Source: an uncultured bacterium
Lineage (GTDB): Bacteria > Actinomycetota > Actinomycetes > S36-B12 > UBA5976
Assembly (NCBI GenBank): GCA_963978265.1
Contig: CAXBQV010000002.1
Coordinates: 1-49,066 of the forward strand
Direction of reading: 5' to 3'
DNA: 49,066 nucleotides
Shown here: in pieces, positions 10,092-20,393 of the stretch
Layout: each line of letters starts with the position of its first letter
Numbering within the stretch: the stretch's first letter is position 1
Notes under the pieces: generated by a model
The model's input: only the letters and a program-made list of their open reading frames with translations
The model's database searches: none
Told to the model about the DNA's origin: nothing
Translations under genes and position numbers: made by a program

Positions 10092-10799
10092 ATGCGACGA
10101 CCGACTCCGCTTCAGTGGGCCGTCACCGGGATTGCCCTGTTGGCGGGCTTCGGCATGGCAGTTTCCGCAATCGCGGCGCACGGTACCGATCTCCGCGGCG
10201 GGCGCTCCTCGACGTTGCACGACCTCGTCACTCGTCAGGCCGAGCAGCTGCAGCGGGACACGATTGCAGCGGAGAACCTACGCAAGGCCGTGAACAGACT
10301 GGCCGTGCGTATCGGTGGTGTGGACCTCACCACGTCGCGCGCAGACGTAGCGTCACTGACACCGATAGCCGGCCTGTCGGCCGTGCAGGGCCCGGGAATG
10401 GTGGTCACGCTGCGCGATGCACAGAAGCCACTGTCGGATGTGGACCCCGACATGCTGGTGATCCATCAACAGGATGTGCAGGCGGTCGTGAATGCCCTCT
10501 GGCGTGGTGGCGCAGAGGCGGTCATGGTCATGGATCAACGATTGATCGCAACGTCTGCAGTGAAGTGCGTCGGGAACACCTTGCTTCTGCAGGGAAAGGT
10601 GTACTCCCCGCCCTATGTGATTCAGGCGATCGGTGATGCGAAGCGACTGCAGAAGGCGTTGGATGCCGAAGCCGGTGTGCAGTTGCTCAAGGATCTGGCG
10701 CGGGTGTACGGCATCGGCTACAACGCAGCCGTCGCTGCAGAAATCGCGATGCCGGAGTACAACGGCACGATCGCTCTTCCCAATGCGCAGACGACGTAG
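10092..10799 (+). CDS. DUF881 membrane protein (Rv0012-type)
   Basis: N-terminal TM segment, a coiled-coil segment, and the C-terminal core ...VIHQQDVQAVVNALWRGGAEAV...PPYVIQAIGD. It is divergent from crgA, as in other actinobacteria. Confidence 0.85.
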   Translation: MRRPTPLQWAVTGIALLAGFGMAVSAIAAHGTDLRGGRSSTLHDLVTRQAEQLQRDTIAAENLRKAVNRLAVRIGGVDLTTSRADVASLTPIAGLSAVQGPGMVVTLRDAQKPLSDVDPDMLVIHQQDVQAVVNALWRGGAEAVMVMDQRLIATSAVKCVGNTLLLQGKVYSPPYVIQAIGDAKRLQKALDAEAGVQLLKDLARVYGIGYNAAVAAEIAMPEYNGTIALPNAQTT

Positions 10800-10808
10800 G
10801 CTTTTCCC

Positions 10809-11435
10809 GTGACGCGCATCTTGGTAGTCGACAACTACGACTCGTTCGTGTTCAACATCGTGTCCTACCTCGTGCAACTCGGAGCAGAGGTTGATGTGCA
10901 GCGAAATGATGCAGTTGATATCGCCGCTGCACTTGCGTACGACGGCATTCTGATCTCACCCGGTCCGGGGACACCCGAGAATGCCGGCGTCAGCATGGAG
11001 CTCATCACGGCGGCGGCCGGCAAGAAGCCGGTGTTCGGCGTCTGTCTCGGGCATCAGGCCATCGCTGCGGTGTTCGGAGCGACGGTTGATCGTGCGCCCG
11101 AATTACTCCACGGCAAGACATCGGAAGTGCTGCATGGTGGCAAAGGTGTCTTCGAGGGCCTGAAGCAGCCGTTCACTGCCACTCGCTACCACTCACTCGC
11201 AATCGTTGATGGCACTGTTCCCGATGACCTCGAGGTGACGGCCCGCACCGATTCAGGCGTGATCATGGGCGTGAAGCACAAGCGCTACCAGGTCGAAGGC
11301 GTGCAGTTTCACCCCGAATCAGTGCTGACCGAGGGTGGTTACCGGATGCTCGCAAACTGGCTCGCTGCATGCGGGGACGCCGACGCGGTGCGCAAGTCCG
11401 AAGGCCTGCAGCCGGTCATTGAATCGAAGGACTAG
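10809..11435 (+). CDS. trpG: Anthranilate/aminodeoxychorismate synthase component II (glutamine amidotransferase)
   Basis: ILVVDNYDSFVFN, the catalytic GVCLGHQ cysteine and VQFHPES are present. It occupies the Rv0013-equivalent position. Confidence 0.9.
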   Translation: MTRILVVDNYDSFVFNIVSYLVQLGAEVDVQRNDAVDIAAALAYDGILISPGPGTPENAGVSMELITAAAGKKPVFGVCLGHQAIAAVFGATVDRAPELLHGKTSEVLHGGKGVFEGLKQPFTATRYHSLAIVDGTVPDDLEVTARTDSGVIMGVKHKRYQVEGVQFHPESVLTEGGYRMLANWLAACGDADAVRKSEGLQPVIESKD

Positions 11436-13108
11436 CCCTGCGTTGAAACGGTGAGTGTCACCGTCGAACCGAGTGACACCGTGCTTCCGCCAGGGGGATC
11501 CTGCTTCAACACCGTTCCTTCGGCGACCGTCGTGTCGACAACTTTCACCGGGGTCCCCACATTGAGACCTGCATTCGCCAATTCCGCCTGCGCCTGGGTT
11601 GCCGGAAGCCCAACCACATTCGGCACCGTCAGATTGCCACTTGAAATCCAAATCGAGACCGAGGTACCGGGATCGACGAGCGTTCCCGCAACCGGATCAC
11701 TTCGAAGCACGGTCCCAGGTGCCGCCTCCGCATCCTCCTGCTCCACCTTGCCGAGTGTGAGACCGGCCTTGGCGAGCAGAGCCTGCGCCTCATCGACGGT
11801 TGCAAGATCCGCGAGTGACGGCACCGCGACTTGGCCCGGACCCGAGCTGACGACGATATCGACAGTGCTGCCTTTCGAAACCAGCGTGTTCCGACTCGGT
11901 GATTGATTGATGATCGTGTCTTTGGGACGGTCGTTCGACGCCTGTGGTAGTTGGTCTCCGAGGACCAACCCGGTGTTCTCGAGCAACTTCACCGCTTGCG
12001 GAATCGTCAAACCGGCAAGGTCGGGCACGGATACCTGATCTGTGGGTGTCGGCGTGAAAATCTTGAGCAGAACGAACATCGCAGCAAGCACGACGACAAC
12101 CACAGCGGTCAAGGAGCCCAACCAGATCGCGGTGCTTGTCCGCTCCTTCGTCGCAACCGCATTCACCGATGAATGCAGGGCCGGCATCGCAGTGGTTGCC
12201 GCATCCTGAAGCGGGATACGCGCAGTGACCGGATCTCCCTGCAGTGCACGTTCGACATCTGCCCGCATTTCCGCAGCCGATGCGTAGCGATTCTCGGGCT
12301 TCTTCGCGAGTGCGGTGAGCACGATCGCGTCAATCTCATGCGGTAGCGATGAATCGAAGGCCGATGGTGGTTGCGGGATCTCGGTGACGTGTTGGTATGC
12401 GATGGCGACAGGCGAGTCACCGGTGAAAGGCGGTCGACCGACGAGGAGTTCATAGAGTAGTGCACCGCACGAATACAGATCTGCGCGGGCATCGACGATC
12501 TCACCACGAGCCTGCTCGGGTGACAGATACTGCGCGGTGCCCAAGACCGCGGAAGTGTGGGTGACCGTCGCAGACGCATCTGCAAGTGCTCGCGCGATTC
12601 CGAAGTCCATCACTTTGATGTCACCGGTAGGTGTGACCATCACATTGCCGGGTTTGATGTCGCGGTGCACGATGCCGTGGCGGTGCGAGTAGTCGAGTGC
12701 AGCAAGAATGCCAGACGCGATATCCAGGGCCCGCTCAACAGTGAGCCGTCGCCCGGACCCGATGATCTGACGGAGGGTTTGACCCTCGACTCGTTCCATC
12801 ACGATCCAGGGAACCCGAACTGCCGTCATGCCCTCTTCGGTGACATCCTCACCGGTGTCGTAGACGGCCACAATATTCGGATGATTGAGCGCTGCAGCTG
12901 CCTGGGCCTCACGTTCGAACCGCATGAGGAACGACTGGTCGCGTGCGAGATCAGCGCGAAGGACTTTGACAGCCACGGGTCGACCCAGCCGCACGTCAGT
13001 ACCGGCATAGACCTCGGCCATTCCACCGCGACCGATGACGTCACCGAGTTGGTACCGACCACCGAGCAGGCGTCCTTCTGACACTGGAACTCCATTCGAC
13101 GGGCTCAT
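11432..13108 (-). CDS. pknB: Ser/Thr protein kinase with three PASTA domains
   Basis: GRGGMAEVY glycine loop, VAVKVL, HRDIKPGN and DFGIA are present. A TM segment and three PASTA repeats make up the C-terminal part. Confidence 0.95.
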   Translation of the reverse strand: MSPSNGVPVSEGRLLGGRYQLGDVIGRGGMAEVYAGTDVRLGRPVAVKVLRADLARDQSFLMRFEREAQAAAALNHPNIVAVYDTGEDVTEEGMTAVRVPWIVMERVEGQTLRQIIGSGRRLTVERALDIASGILAALDYSHRHGIVHRDIKPGNVMVTPTGDIKVMDFGIARALADASATVTHTSAVLGTAQYLSPEQARGEIVDARADLYSCGALLYELLVGRPPFTGDSPVAIAYQHVTEIPQPPSAFDSSLPHEIDAIVLTALAKKPENRYASAAEMRADVERALQGDPVTARIPLQDAATTAMPALHSSVNAVATKERTSTAIWLGSLTAVVVVVLAAMFVLLKIFTPTPTDQVSVPDLAGLTIPQAVKLLENTGLVLGDQLPQASNDRPKDTIINQSPSRNTLVSKGSTVDIVVSSGPGQVAVPSLADLATVDEAQALLAKAGLTLGKVEQEDAEAAPGTVLRSDPVAGTLVDPGTSVSIWISSGNLTVPNVVGLPATQAQAELANAGLNVGTPVKVVDTTVAEGTVLKQDPPGGSTVSLGSTVTLTVSTQG

Positions 13109-13144
13109 TCTGCCGCGTTGGCAGCGTCGCAGATTCGCGACGCA

Positions 13145-14584
13145 TCAGGGATTTCGAAGAACTGCCTGGATCACGGCATTGGCGATCGGTCCCGCGAGGG
13201 CATTGCCCGATACCTCCGAGGCGCCGCCGCCGTTCTCGATGACGACTGCAACCGCGACGCCGGGAGCGAAGGCGGTGAACCATGCATGCGGTTTGCTCTT
13301 GGTTCCCGTCTCGGCAGTTCCCGTCTTGGCACCGACCCTGACACCGGTCACCCGCCCGTTGCTTGCGGTTCCTCGCTGCACCACCGACACCATCATTGCG
13401 GCAATCGTGCGAGCATCTGCCGTGGACAACGGCGTGCTGAATTCCTGCGGTGTCGTTCGATCGACCACGGAGAGATCCGGGCCGCGGACGTCCCGGATCA
13501 GATACGGCTGCATCAGCACACCGTCATTGGCGATGGCGGCTGACACGAGCGCCATTTGCAGTGCTGATGCTCGGACATCGAACTGTCCGATTGCCGACAT
13601 TGCAGTCTGGGCGTCGTCAGGATTCGTCGGGAACCGACTTGCAGCAGCCACCATCGGCACCGTGAACGAGTGTTCGAAACCGAATTGCTCCGCCATCGAT
13701 CGGAGCGCGTCGGTACCCACCTGATTGCCGAGCCACGCGAAGGCGGTGTTGCAGGAAACCTCGAGCGCGCGACGAAGCGTCAGCTTGCCACCGACTGCGC
13801 AGGCCCCACCCTGCCAGTTCCGGAGCAGCTTGCTGCTGCCGGGCAGTTGATAGGTCGCCGGGCCCGGAACCATCGAATCAGGCGTGAACCTCCCCGATGC
13901 GATTGCAGCGGCAGCGGTGATGAGTTTGAACGTCGAGCCCGGTGGGTAGTTCCTCGCGATCGCACGATTGAGCAACGGTTCCTGCTCGTTGGCCGTGAGT
14001 TCCTCGTAGGCAGTACGTACCGATGCCGGATCATTCGGCGCAAGTTGCTGTGGATCGAATGATGGCGTAGAGACCATGGCAAGTATTGCGCCTGACTTCG
14101 GATCGACAGCCACGACTGCACCCGCACGAGTGCCGAGCCCCTTGTATGCAGCGACCTGCGCATCCTTGTTGATGGTCAACCGCACCGCACCGCCCTCGGA
14201 GCGGCGGCCAGCGAACAGTTGCTGCACACGGTCGACGAAGAACCTCGAATCCGAGCCACTCAAGAGGTCGTTCGCAGATCGCTCGATGCCTGTTGCACCG
14301 TAGATGAGTGAATAGAAACCGGTGATGGGAGCGAAGAGTGGGCCCTCGGTGTACGAACGCTGGTAGAAGCTCTCACCAGCAGCCCGTGCTGAGGAAGCTA
14401 CAGCTTCGGATCCGACGAGGATCGGACCGCGGCTTCGGTTGAACTGCTGCAGCAGCAGACGTGTATTGCCCTGCTGTAGTCGGAGGTTGTCCGCATCAAG
14501 CACTTGTACCCAAGTCAGGTTTGCGAGCAATGCGATGAGCAGTGCAGAGAAAACGGCGGCATAGCGGCGGACTTGGCGGTTCAT
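13145..14584 (-). CDS. pbpA: Class B penicillin-binding protein (transpeptidase) PbpA
   Basis: STFK active-site serine motif and KTGTAE motif are present. The start MNRQVRRY at 14584 forms an ATGA overlap with the rodA stop. The track start at 14647 is an extension. Confidence 0.9.
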   Translation of the reverse strand: MNRQVRRYAAVFSALLIALLANLTWVQVLDADNLRLQQGNTRLLLQQFNRSRGPILVGSEAVASSARAAGESFYQRSYTEGPLFAPITGFYSLIYGATGIERSANDLLSGSDSRFFVDRVQQLFAGRRSEGGAVRLTINKDAQVAAYKGLGTRAGAVVAVDPKSGAILAMVSTPSFDPQQLAPNDPASVRTAYEELTANEQEPLLNRAIARNYPPGSTFKLITAAAAIASGRFTPDSMVPGPATYQLPGSSKLLRNWQGGACAVGGKLTLRRALEVSCNTAFAWLGNQVGTDALRSMAEQFGFEHSFTVPMVAAASRFPTNPDDAQTAMSAIGQFDVRASALQMALVSAAIANDGVLMQPYLIRDVRGPDLSVVDRTTPQEFSTPLSTADARTIAAMMVSVVQRGTASNGRVTGVRVGAKTGTAETGTKSKPHAWFTAFAPGVAVAVVIENGGGASEVSGNALAGPIANAVIQAVLRNP

Positions 14585-15900
14585 GCCGCCTCCCGCATTC
14601 GCGCTGCAGTGTCGGAGATGCGGAGCAACAAACCGAGCGCTACCCAATTCGCTACAAGTGATGATCCACCAGCAGTGAGAAACGGAGTTGTGAGTCCGGT
14701 CAGCGGAATCAAACGCGTCACACCGCCGGCAACGATGAATGTCTGCAGCCCGAGCACCACCGCCAAACCTGCTGCGAGCAACTGCCCGAAACCATCACGA
14801 ACCGAACCAGCGATGCGCAGACCTCGTTGCACGAGGACGGCGTAGAGCATGAGAATCGCAGCAAGGCCGATGAGACCGAGCTCCTCACCGAGTGCGGAGA
14901 GGATGAAATCACTCTTTGCGAATGGGACGAGATACGGGAATCCATCACCCAATCCGGTGCCGAACATGCCGCCGGATGCCAGTCCGTAGAGGCTCTGCAC
15001 AACTTGGTATCCCTGCCCATCGGCGTATGCAAACGGATCCAGCCATACCTGTACCCGTACTCGGACATGTCCGAACAGGAAATAGGCGACCGTCGCGCCG
15101 AACAGGAAGAGTGCTGCACCGAGTGCCAACCAGGTTCGCTGTCCGGTTGCGAAGTACAGCACTGAAACGAAGAGACCGAAGAACAACAAGGACGTACCAA
15201 GGTCTCGTTGGAACACAAGGATGGCAACGGAGATCAGCCAGCACACGAGGATCGGTCCGAGGTCCCGGGGGCGTGGAAATCCGATTCCGAAGGTTCGGAT
15301 GCGGATCAATGCCAGCGAATCCCGCTTCAGCACGAGAAAGCCTGCGAAGAAGACTGCGAGCAAGAGTTTGGCGAATTCCCCGGGTTGGAAGGAAAGAACT
15401 CCGACACGGACCCAGAGGCGTGCTCCATTGATGGATGCGCCCACGATTGGCAGGAGTGGCATGAGGAGCAACACGACGCCTGCAAGCATTGAGGTGTAGG
15501 TGTATCGCTGCAGCTGACGATGATCGCGTACCGCCAGAAGTATGAGCAGCAGCAGCGAGAGACCCAGCAACGTCCATGCCGATTGTGTCGAGAACGTTGA
15601 TTCCGGTGGAGCAACACCTTGGCGTGCTGCGCGCTGCACGTCGGCGATGTCGAGTCGGTGGATCATGGTGAGACCGAGCAGGTTCAACAATGTCGCAGTC
15701 GGCAGTATCAATTCATCTGCAGCAGGGGCGAATCGACGGATCCCTGCATGCGTCAGAAGGGCAACCGCGCACACCACTGCGAACAACACCACTGAACCGG
15801 TGTCATTGACGTCGGTGTTCACTCGGGCGATGAAGAAGGCCAGTACTCCGATTGTGATCGCTGCAAGAGTGAGCAGCGCCTCGGACCTGCGACTCATCAC
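14581..15900 (-). CDS. rodA: FtsW/RodA/SpoVE-family peptidoglycan polymerase
   Basis: Polytopic SEDS protein, about 10 TM segments, with SEFAK-like PGEFAKL. An ATGA overlap joins it to the pstP stop. Confidence 0.9.
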   Translation of the reverse strand: MMSRRSEALLTLAAITIGVLAFFIARVNTDVNDTGSVVLFAVVCAVALLTHAGIRRFAPAADELILPTATLLNLLGLTMIHRLDIADVQRAARQGVAPPESTFSTQSAWTLLGLSLLLLILLAVRDHRQLQRYTYTSMLAGVVLLLMPLLPIVGASINGARLWVRVGVLSFQPGEFAKLLLAVFFAGFLVLKRDSLALIRIRTFGIGFPRPRDLGPILVCWLISVAILVFQRDLGTSLLFFGLFVSVLYFATGQRTWLALGAALFLFGATVAYFLFGHVRVRVQVWLDPFAYADGQGYQVVQSLYGLASGGMFGTGLGDGFPYLVPFAKSDFILSALGEELGLIGLAAILMLYAVLVQRGLRIAGSVRDGFGQLLAAGLAVVLGLQTFIVAGGVTRLIPLTGLTTPFLTAGGSSLVANWVALGLLLRISDTAARMREAA

Positions 15901-17072
15901 GGACAGCCGGGAGTGCTCGGGTGCACCCTGCAGGTGGCTGCCTGCGACTCGATGCGGAGCACGATGGTGTTCGCGGCCTCCAGTGATGATGCCGAGATGC
16001 CGGACTCCACGAGATGTCGATCGAACTGCGGCAGATCCGCGGTGTCGATGTTCGTGAGTCGCTCGAGCCGTGAGAGTGAAAGTGGTCCGAGTGACTGCGG
16101 CACTCCTTGGTACACAGCCACTTTGCCGTCAAGAGCCGTGACGAAGTACTGGTTCGCCGTCCAGCGGACGAACAGCATGAGCAGTGCAACTCCGACAGCA
16201 ACTCCGGCAATGAACCACCGGGTCCCGCCCTTCACAACGTCGAATCCGGTGTGCGGTCTTGGTCCATCAACGGGAAGTGGCATCGAGCCGAGGTCCTCAC
16301 GTACTTCGGCCGCGCGCGCCGCACCGATCAGCACGGCATCCTGTTGCTCATCCGCATCAGTCACATCGGCAACGATGACCGACACGTTGTCCGGGGCACC
16401 TGCAGCGAGTGTGTAATCGATGAGCGTCGCTGCTGCATAGGTCGGATCGCCTTGACCCAGGATCTCCCGGATCGAGCTATCGGTGAGCACGGTGTTCAGT
16501 CCATCGCTACACACCAGATAGCGGTCGCCGATACGGAGGTCGTTGGTGAGGACATCGAGTTCGAGTTCATGGATGCCATCGATCGTTCGGAGGAGGAGAT
16601 TCCGACGCGGATGCAACATCGCCTGCGCTGGATCGAGTTTTCCGCTGTCAACCAACGCTTGCACATATGTGTGATCTTTTGTGAGTTGGGTGAGTTTTCC
16701 CTCGCGCAGACGGTACGCACGAGAATCCCCCACATGTGCGATAACCAGTGAATTCTCGAGCGAGCCGAGCATCGTGAAGGTGGTCCCCATACCGCGACGA
16801 TCCGGCTGCTCTGCAACGAGATCACCGATCCGACTATGGGCGGAATCGAGTTTGTTGCGTACCCATCGTTCGAAATCTGCAACCGATGTGGGTCGATCAC
16901 TCACGTCAGCACAGACGGCTGCAACGACTGCGGCACTCGCAAGTTCGCCTGCTGCATGACCACCCATGCCATCGGCGACCACCAGCATGCGGGCGTCCGC
17001 GTAACCAGAGTCTTCGTTGCCTGTGCGGATAACACCGACATGTGAAGTCGCGGCATGGCGAAAAGAGGTCAT
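15897..17072 (-). CDS. pstP: PP2C-family Ser/Thr phosphatase
   Basis: NEDSGY and VADGMGGHAAGELAS PP2C motifs are present, followed by a TM segment and an extracytoplasmic tail. The gene overlaps fhaB at its start. Confidence 0.9.
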   Translation of the reverse strand: MTSFRHAATSHVGVIRTGNEDSGYADARMLVVADGMGGHAAGELASAAVVAAVCADVSDRPTSVADFERWVRNKLDSAHSRIGDLVAEQPDRRGMGTTFTMLGSLENSLVIAHVGDSRAYRLREGKLTQLTKDHTYVQALVDSGKLDPAQAMLHPRRNLLLRTIDGIHELELDVLTNDLRIGDRYLVCSDGLNTVLTDSSIREILGQGDPTYAAATLIDYTLAAGAPDNVSVIVADVTDADEQQDAVLIGAARAAEVREDLGSMPLPVDGPRPHTGFDVVKGGTRWFIAGVAVGVALLMLFVRWTANQYFVTALDGKVAVYQGVPQSLGPLSLSRLERLTNIDTADLPQFDRHLVESGISASSLEAANTIVLRIESQAATCRVHPSTPGCP

Positions 17073-17524
17073 GTCCGCACCTCCAATTCAGTCTTGCCGA
17101 TCCGTATGCGCTGACCGGAGTGGAGCAAGGTTGCACCTGTAATGCGCCTGCGATCAACCCAGGTGCCGTTCGTCGAACCCAGATCCTCGACGACCCAGCC
17201 CCGTTCACGCGGGACGATGCGCGCGTGGTGTGTCGATGTGTAGTCATCGTCGAGCACGACGACGTTGTCCTCGCTCCGACCGAACGTGATTGGCGATGTA
17301 CCGAGTTCCAGTTTTCGCTGCTCACCGTTTGACGTCGTGATGACGATGTGCGAACCCCGGCGACGACTCCGAGGAGTCCGTTCCATTTTGGCGATTCGTT
17401 GCGGACGTGCAGTTCTGGATGTCTGCAGGAGATCACGGCGAAGCGTGCTCAGTACTCCGAGCACAAACATCCACATTGCCGCAAGGAGACCCAGGCGAAG
17501 GAGTGTCAGTGTGAGTTCGGACAA
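17069..17524 (-). CDS. fhaB: FHA-domain protein FhaB/FipA
   Basis: N-terminal TM segment and a C-terminal FHA domain (ITFGRSEDNVVVLDDDYTSTHHARI...GSTNGTWV). Confidence 0.85.
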   Translation of the reverse strand: MSELTLTLLRLGLLAAMWMFVLGVLSTLRRDLLQTSRTARPQRIAKMERTPRSRRRGSHIVITTSNGEQRKLELGTSPITFGRSEDNVVVLDDDYTSTHHARIVPRERGWVVEDLGSTNGTWVDRRRITGATLLHSGQRIRIGKTELEVRT

Positions 17525-17527
17525 GCG

Positions 17528-18202
17528 TCACTTCACATGAAACTGAATGGTTGCAGATCCGATCTTGATCTCGGTGTCGCGATCCAACTCAACTTCGGTG
17601 ATGCGCTCCCGGCCGATCCATGTTCCGTTCGTGGAATTGAGATCGCGAAGCACGATAGGCGTGGAAAGGATGATCTCAGCGTGGTGACGTGACACCCCGG
17701 AGTCATCGATTCTGATATCCGCATCCGTGCCCCGTCCGATCTTTGTCGAATGACGAGTGAGCGGATGGACGATGCCGTCATGCGTGATGCGCGGTCCCCT
17801 GCGAGTCGCGTCGTCAGGTTGCGTTCCGTCGTCGCGAGCCTCCGCACGGATGCGGAAGAGTCCGGTGTCCAGGGATGGATCCTCGGTGAACATGAGCGCC
17901 ACACCACCGAGCAGCATGTAGTGCTGCTGTGTCGCGTGTTCCTTCACAACATCGACAAGTTCGGACCGCAGGGGTGCCTCGAATGCCATCAATCGCTCGA
18001 AGTCGCGACTGGAAAAATCAATCGTGAAGATATTGGGGACGACATTCCGTCCGGCGCCGATCACGACTGCTCGGTCATCGAGTTCCCGTTGGAGGGCCGC
18101 AGCGACTTCCACCGGCTGCACCTCTGCTTTGAAGGCCTTCGCAAAAGCGCCGTTCACAAGTCGGTCGAGGCGCTGCTCGAACTTGTCCAGGAGTGCTGCC
18201 AC
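17528..18202 (-). CDS. fhaA: FHA-domain protein FhaA (DUF3662 + FHA)
   Basis: The N-terminal segment FEQRLDRLVNGAFAKAFKAEVQPVEV is DUF3662-like, and there is a C-terminal FHA domain (IGRGTDADIRIDDSGVSRHHAEI...STNGTW). GTG start. Confidence 0.85.
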   Translation of the reverse strand: MAALLDKFEQRLDRLVNGAFAKAFKAEVQPVEVAAALQRELDDRAVVIGAGRNVVPNIFTIDFSSRDFERLMAFEAPLRSELVDVVKEHATQQHYMLLGGVALMFTEDPSLDTGLFRIRAEARDDGTQPDDATRRGPRITHDGIVHPLTRHSTKIGRGTDADIRIDDSGVSRHHAEIILSTPIVLRDLNSTNGTWIGRERITEVELDRDTEIKIGSATIQFHVK

Positions 18203-18253
18203 GAAACGTAATGCTAGTCCGTGCGTTGCGTCCGCATACGCAAGAATGCGCGC

Positions 18254-19477
18254 ATGAACACCGATGTGCTGATCGTTGGTGCGGGTCCGGCCGGTTCAGC
18301 CGCCGCTACCTGGGCGGCACGTGCAGGATTCGATGTGCTCCTCGTGGACGCGGTGGAATTCCCACGGGACAAGACCTGCGGAGATGGGCTCACACCGCGT
18401 GCCATCGCCGAACTGCATGCACTCGGAATGGACACCTGGCTTGCGGGACGGCCGCGCAACAACGGCGTGCGCATGCTCGGATTCGGTGGTGCGCACGAGT
18501 TGGCGTGGAAAGGTCCACAACTACCGAATTGGGGCAGCGCCGCACCGCGAATGGAACTCGATGACGCAATCAGGCAGACCGCAATTGCCGCCGGCGCCCA
18601 GTTCTGTGGGGGTATGCGCGCACGTGGCGTCGAACTCGGCAGCGTCGGCAACGTCACCAGCGTCGTCTTCGACGCGGATGGTCATGAGGAGCGAATTCAG
18701 TGCAGGAGGCTGATCGTCGCCGATGGAGTCCGATCGCAACTCGGTCGCGTCCTCGGCCGGCAGTGGCATCGGGACACAGTGTTCGGCGTCGCGGCCCGCG
18801 CATATGTCGCAAGTGCGCGTCATGACGACCCGTGGATCACATCCCACCTCGAACTGCGGGACGAAGCACAGCAGTTGCTCTCCGGATACGGCTGGATCTT
18901 TCCGCTCGGTGATGGTCACGTGAACATCGGCGTGGGAACGTTGGCAACGCAACGGCGTCCAGCCGATGTGAAACTCCGTGAGGTTCTCAACCTGTATGTC
19001 GCACAACAACGTGATGAATGGCAGATCAACGAACACATCCGGATGTATGCCTCGGCGATGCTGCCGATGGGTGGCGCAGTCTCGAATGTCTCCGGTACCA
19101 ATTGGATGTTGATCGGCGATGCGGCTGCATGTGTGAATCCACTCAACGGTGAAGGCATCGACTACGGCCTCGAAACCGGTCGTCTCGCGGTGCAGATCCT
19201 CGGGGAACCGGATTACTCGGATGCATGGCGGGTAACACTGCAATCACACTACGGCGACGCTTTCTCAATTGCCCGGAGACTCGGAAGCCTGCTTACACTG
19301 CCGCGGTTCCTTCCGATTTTCGGTCCGGTCGGAATGCAATCGTCGAACATCATGGCAGTAGCGCTGCGCATCATGGGCAACCTCATCACTGCGGAAGACC
19401 GTGACCTGACAGCTCGGATGTGGCGTGCAGCAGGCCAACTCTCGCAAGTGATCGATGCTAGGAAGCCTTGGAGTTAG
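18254..19477 (+). CDS. Geranylgeranyl reductase-family FAD-dependent oxidoreductase
   Basis: DVLIVGAGPAGSAAA Rossmann motif, RDKTCGDGLTP, and GDAAACVNPLNGEGI near the C-terminal third. ATG 18254 is preferred over the track start at 18221. Confidence 0.85.
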   Translation: MNTDVLIVGAGPAGSAAATWAARAGFDVLLVDAVEFPRDKTCGDGLTPRAIAELHALGMDTWLAGRPRNNGVRMLGFGGAHELAWKGPQLPNWGSAAPRMELDDAIRQTAIAAGAQFCGGMRARGVELGSVGNVTSVVFDADGHEERIQCRRLIVADGVRSQLGRVLGRQWHRDTVFGVAARAYVASARHDDPWITSHLELRDEAQQLLSGYGWIFPLGDGHVNIGVGTLATQRRPADVKLREVLNLYVAQQRDEWQINEHIRMYASAMLPMGGAVSNVSGTNWMLIGDAAACVNPLNGEGIDYGLETGRLAVQILGEPDYSDAWRVTLQSHYGDAFSIARRLGSLLTLPRFLPIFGPVGMQSSNIMAVALRIMGNLITAEDRDLTARMWRAAGQLSQVIDARKPWS

Positions 19478-20330
19478 CCTTCCTGCGCAGGTAGCGGTGT
19501 CGCACTGTGACGTAGGCGAGGCCGAGCATGATGAGAATTGATGTGTTCGAATGGCTGAGGAATGAATTCTCGGCGAAGATCAGAAACGATCCGGCAGTGA
19601 TGCCGACCGCTGCGAACACCAGCAGGCGGGTGGATCCGATGTACTTCGGATGCCGCCAGTGCACGGGAAGATCAGCCGTGAAGAGCGATGTGGTCATTGC
19701 GACAGCGGCACCGAGCAGGTAACCCACAATCAGATCTGAAACCCAATGGGTGTCACGGGCCCATGAACTCACTGCAACAACGAGGCAGACGAGCAGGATG
19801 AGTGCACTGACGACATAACGCCACCGCACCCGCGAGGCGAACATCGCCATCATGCCCAGCGCGGCAGCGCACCCGAGGTTGGCGGTGTGGCCGGACGGAA
19901 ATGCACCCAACCCGAGCCAATCTGTGTTGAAGAACTCCGGACCCGCCTGCCGCGGCGTCGGGCGGAAGGTCAGGAGCTTGATCACACCGGTTGCAGCGTT
20001 CGTGGCGATCAGCGCCCAGACAGCGGTGATCGGCGGATGCAGGTCGTGTCGACGCACCGCCAACCACAGGCCGGCAGCGAGGGTGGTCGGGTACACGAGA
20101 CTTCGCAATCCGGGTTTCTCTGTGATCCGCGCAATTTCGTTGATCCGTGGGTTCGTGTGCCACATGCCAAGAACGAAGTGTTGGTCGAGTGGATTCAGCA
20201 CTCCGGTGACGAGGATCAGTGTGTAGACCGTGAATGCAATCCACATCCACCGTGTGTACCGGATGAGTCGTAAGCGTTGCGATGGCCGAAGAACGACATA
20301 TGGGTGTCTTTCGAGGGGCGGCTCTTGCAT
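19458..20330 (-). CDS. PAP2-family membrane phosphatase
   Basis: PAP2 motifs are KLLTFRPTP (KxxxxxxRP), FPSGHT (PSGH) and ARDTHWVSD (SRxxxxxHxxxD-like). ATG 20330 is preceded by GGAGGAGG. The track start at 20654 would overlap the divergent YciI gene. Confidence 0.8.
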   Translation of the reverse strand: MQEPPLERHPYVVLRPSQRLRLIRYTRWMWIAFTVYTLILVTGVLNPLDQHFVLGMWHTNPRINEIARITEKPGLRSLVYPTTLAAGLWLAVRRHDLHPPITAVWALIATNAATGVIKLLTFRPTPRQAGPEFFNTDWLGLGAFPSGHTANLGCAAALGMMAMFASRVRWRYVVSALILLVCLVVAVSSWARDTHWVSDLIVGYLLGAAVAMTTSLFTADLPVHWRHPKYIGSTRLLVFAAVGITAGSFLIFAENSFLSHSNTSILIMLGLAYVTVRHRYLRRKANSKAS

Positions 20331-20393
20331 CAACCCTCCTCCGGTCATAACTCGCGAGATTCTACGCCGAATGAACTGCACTACTCTCGGGCT

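Noticed and set aside
18226-18243. Inverted repeat TTGCGT-N6-ACGCAA in the fhaA/GGR divergent region.
   Set aside because: The arms are only 6 bp, which is expected by chance in this amount of sequence. There is no second copy or supporting context.
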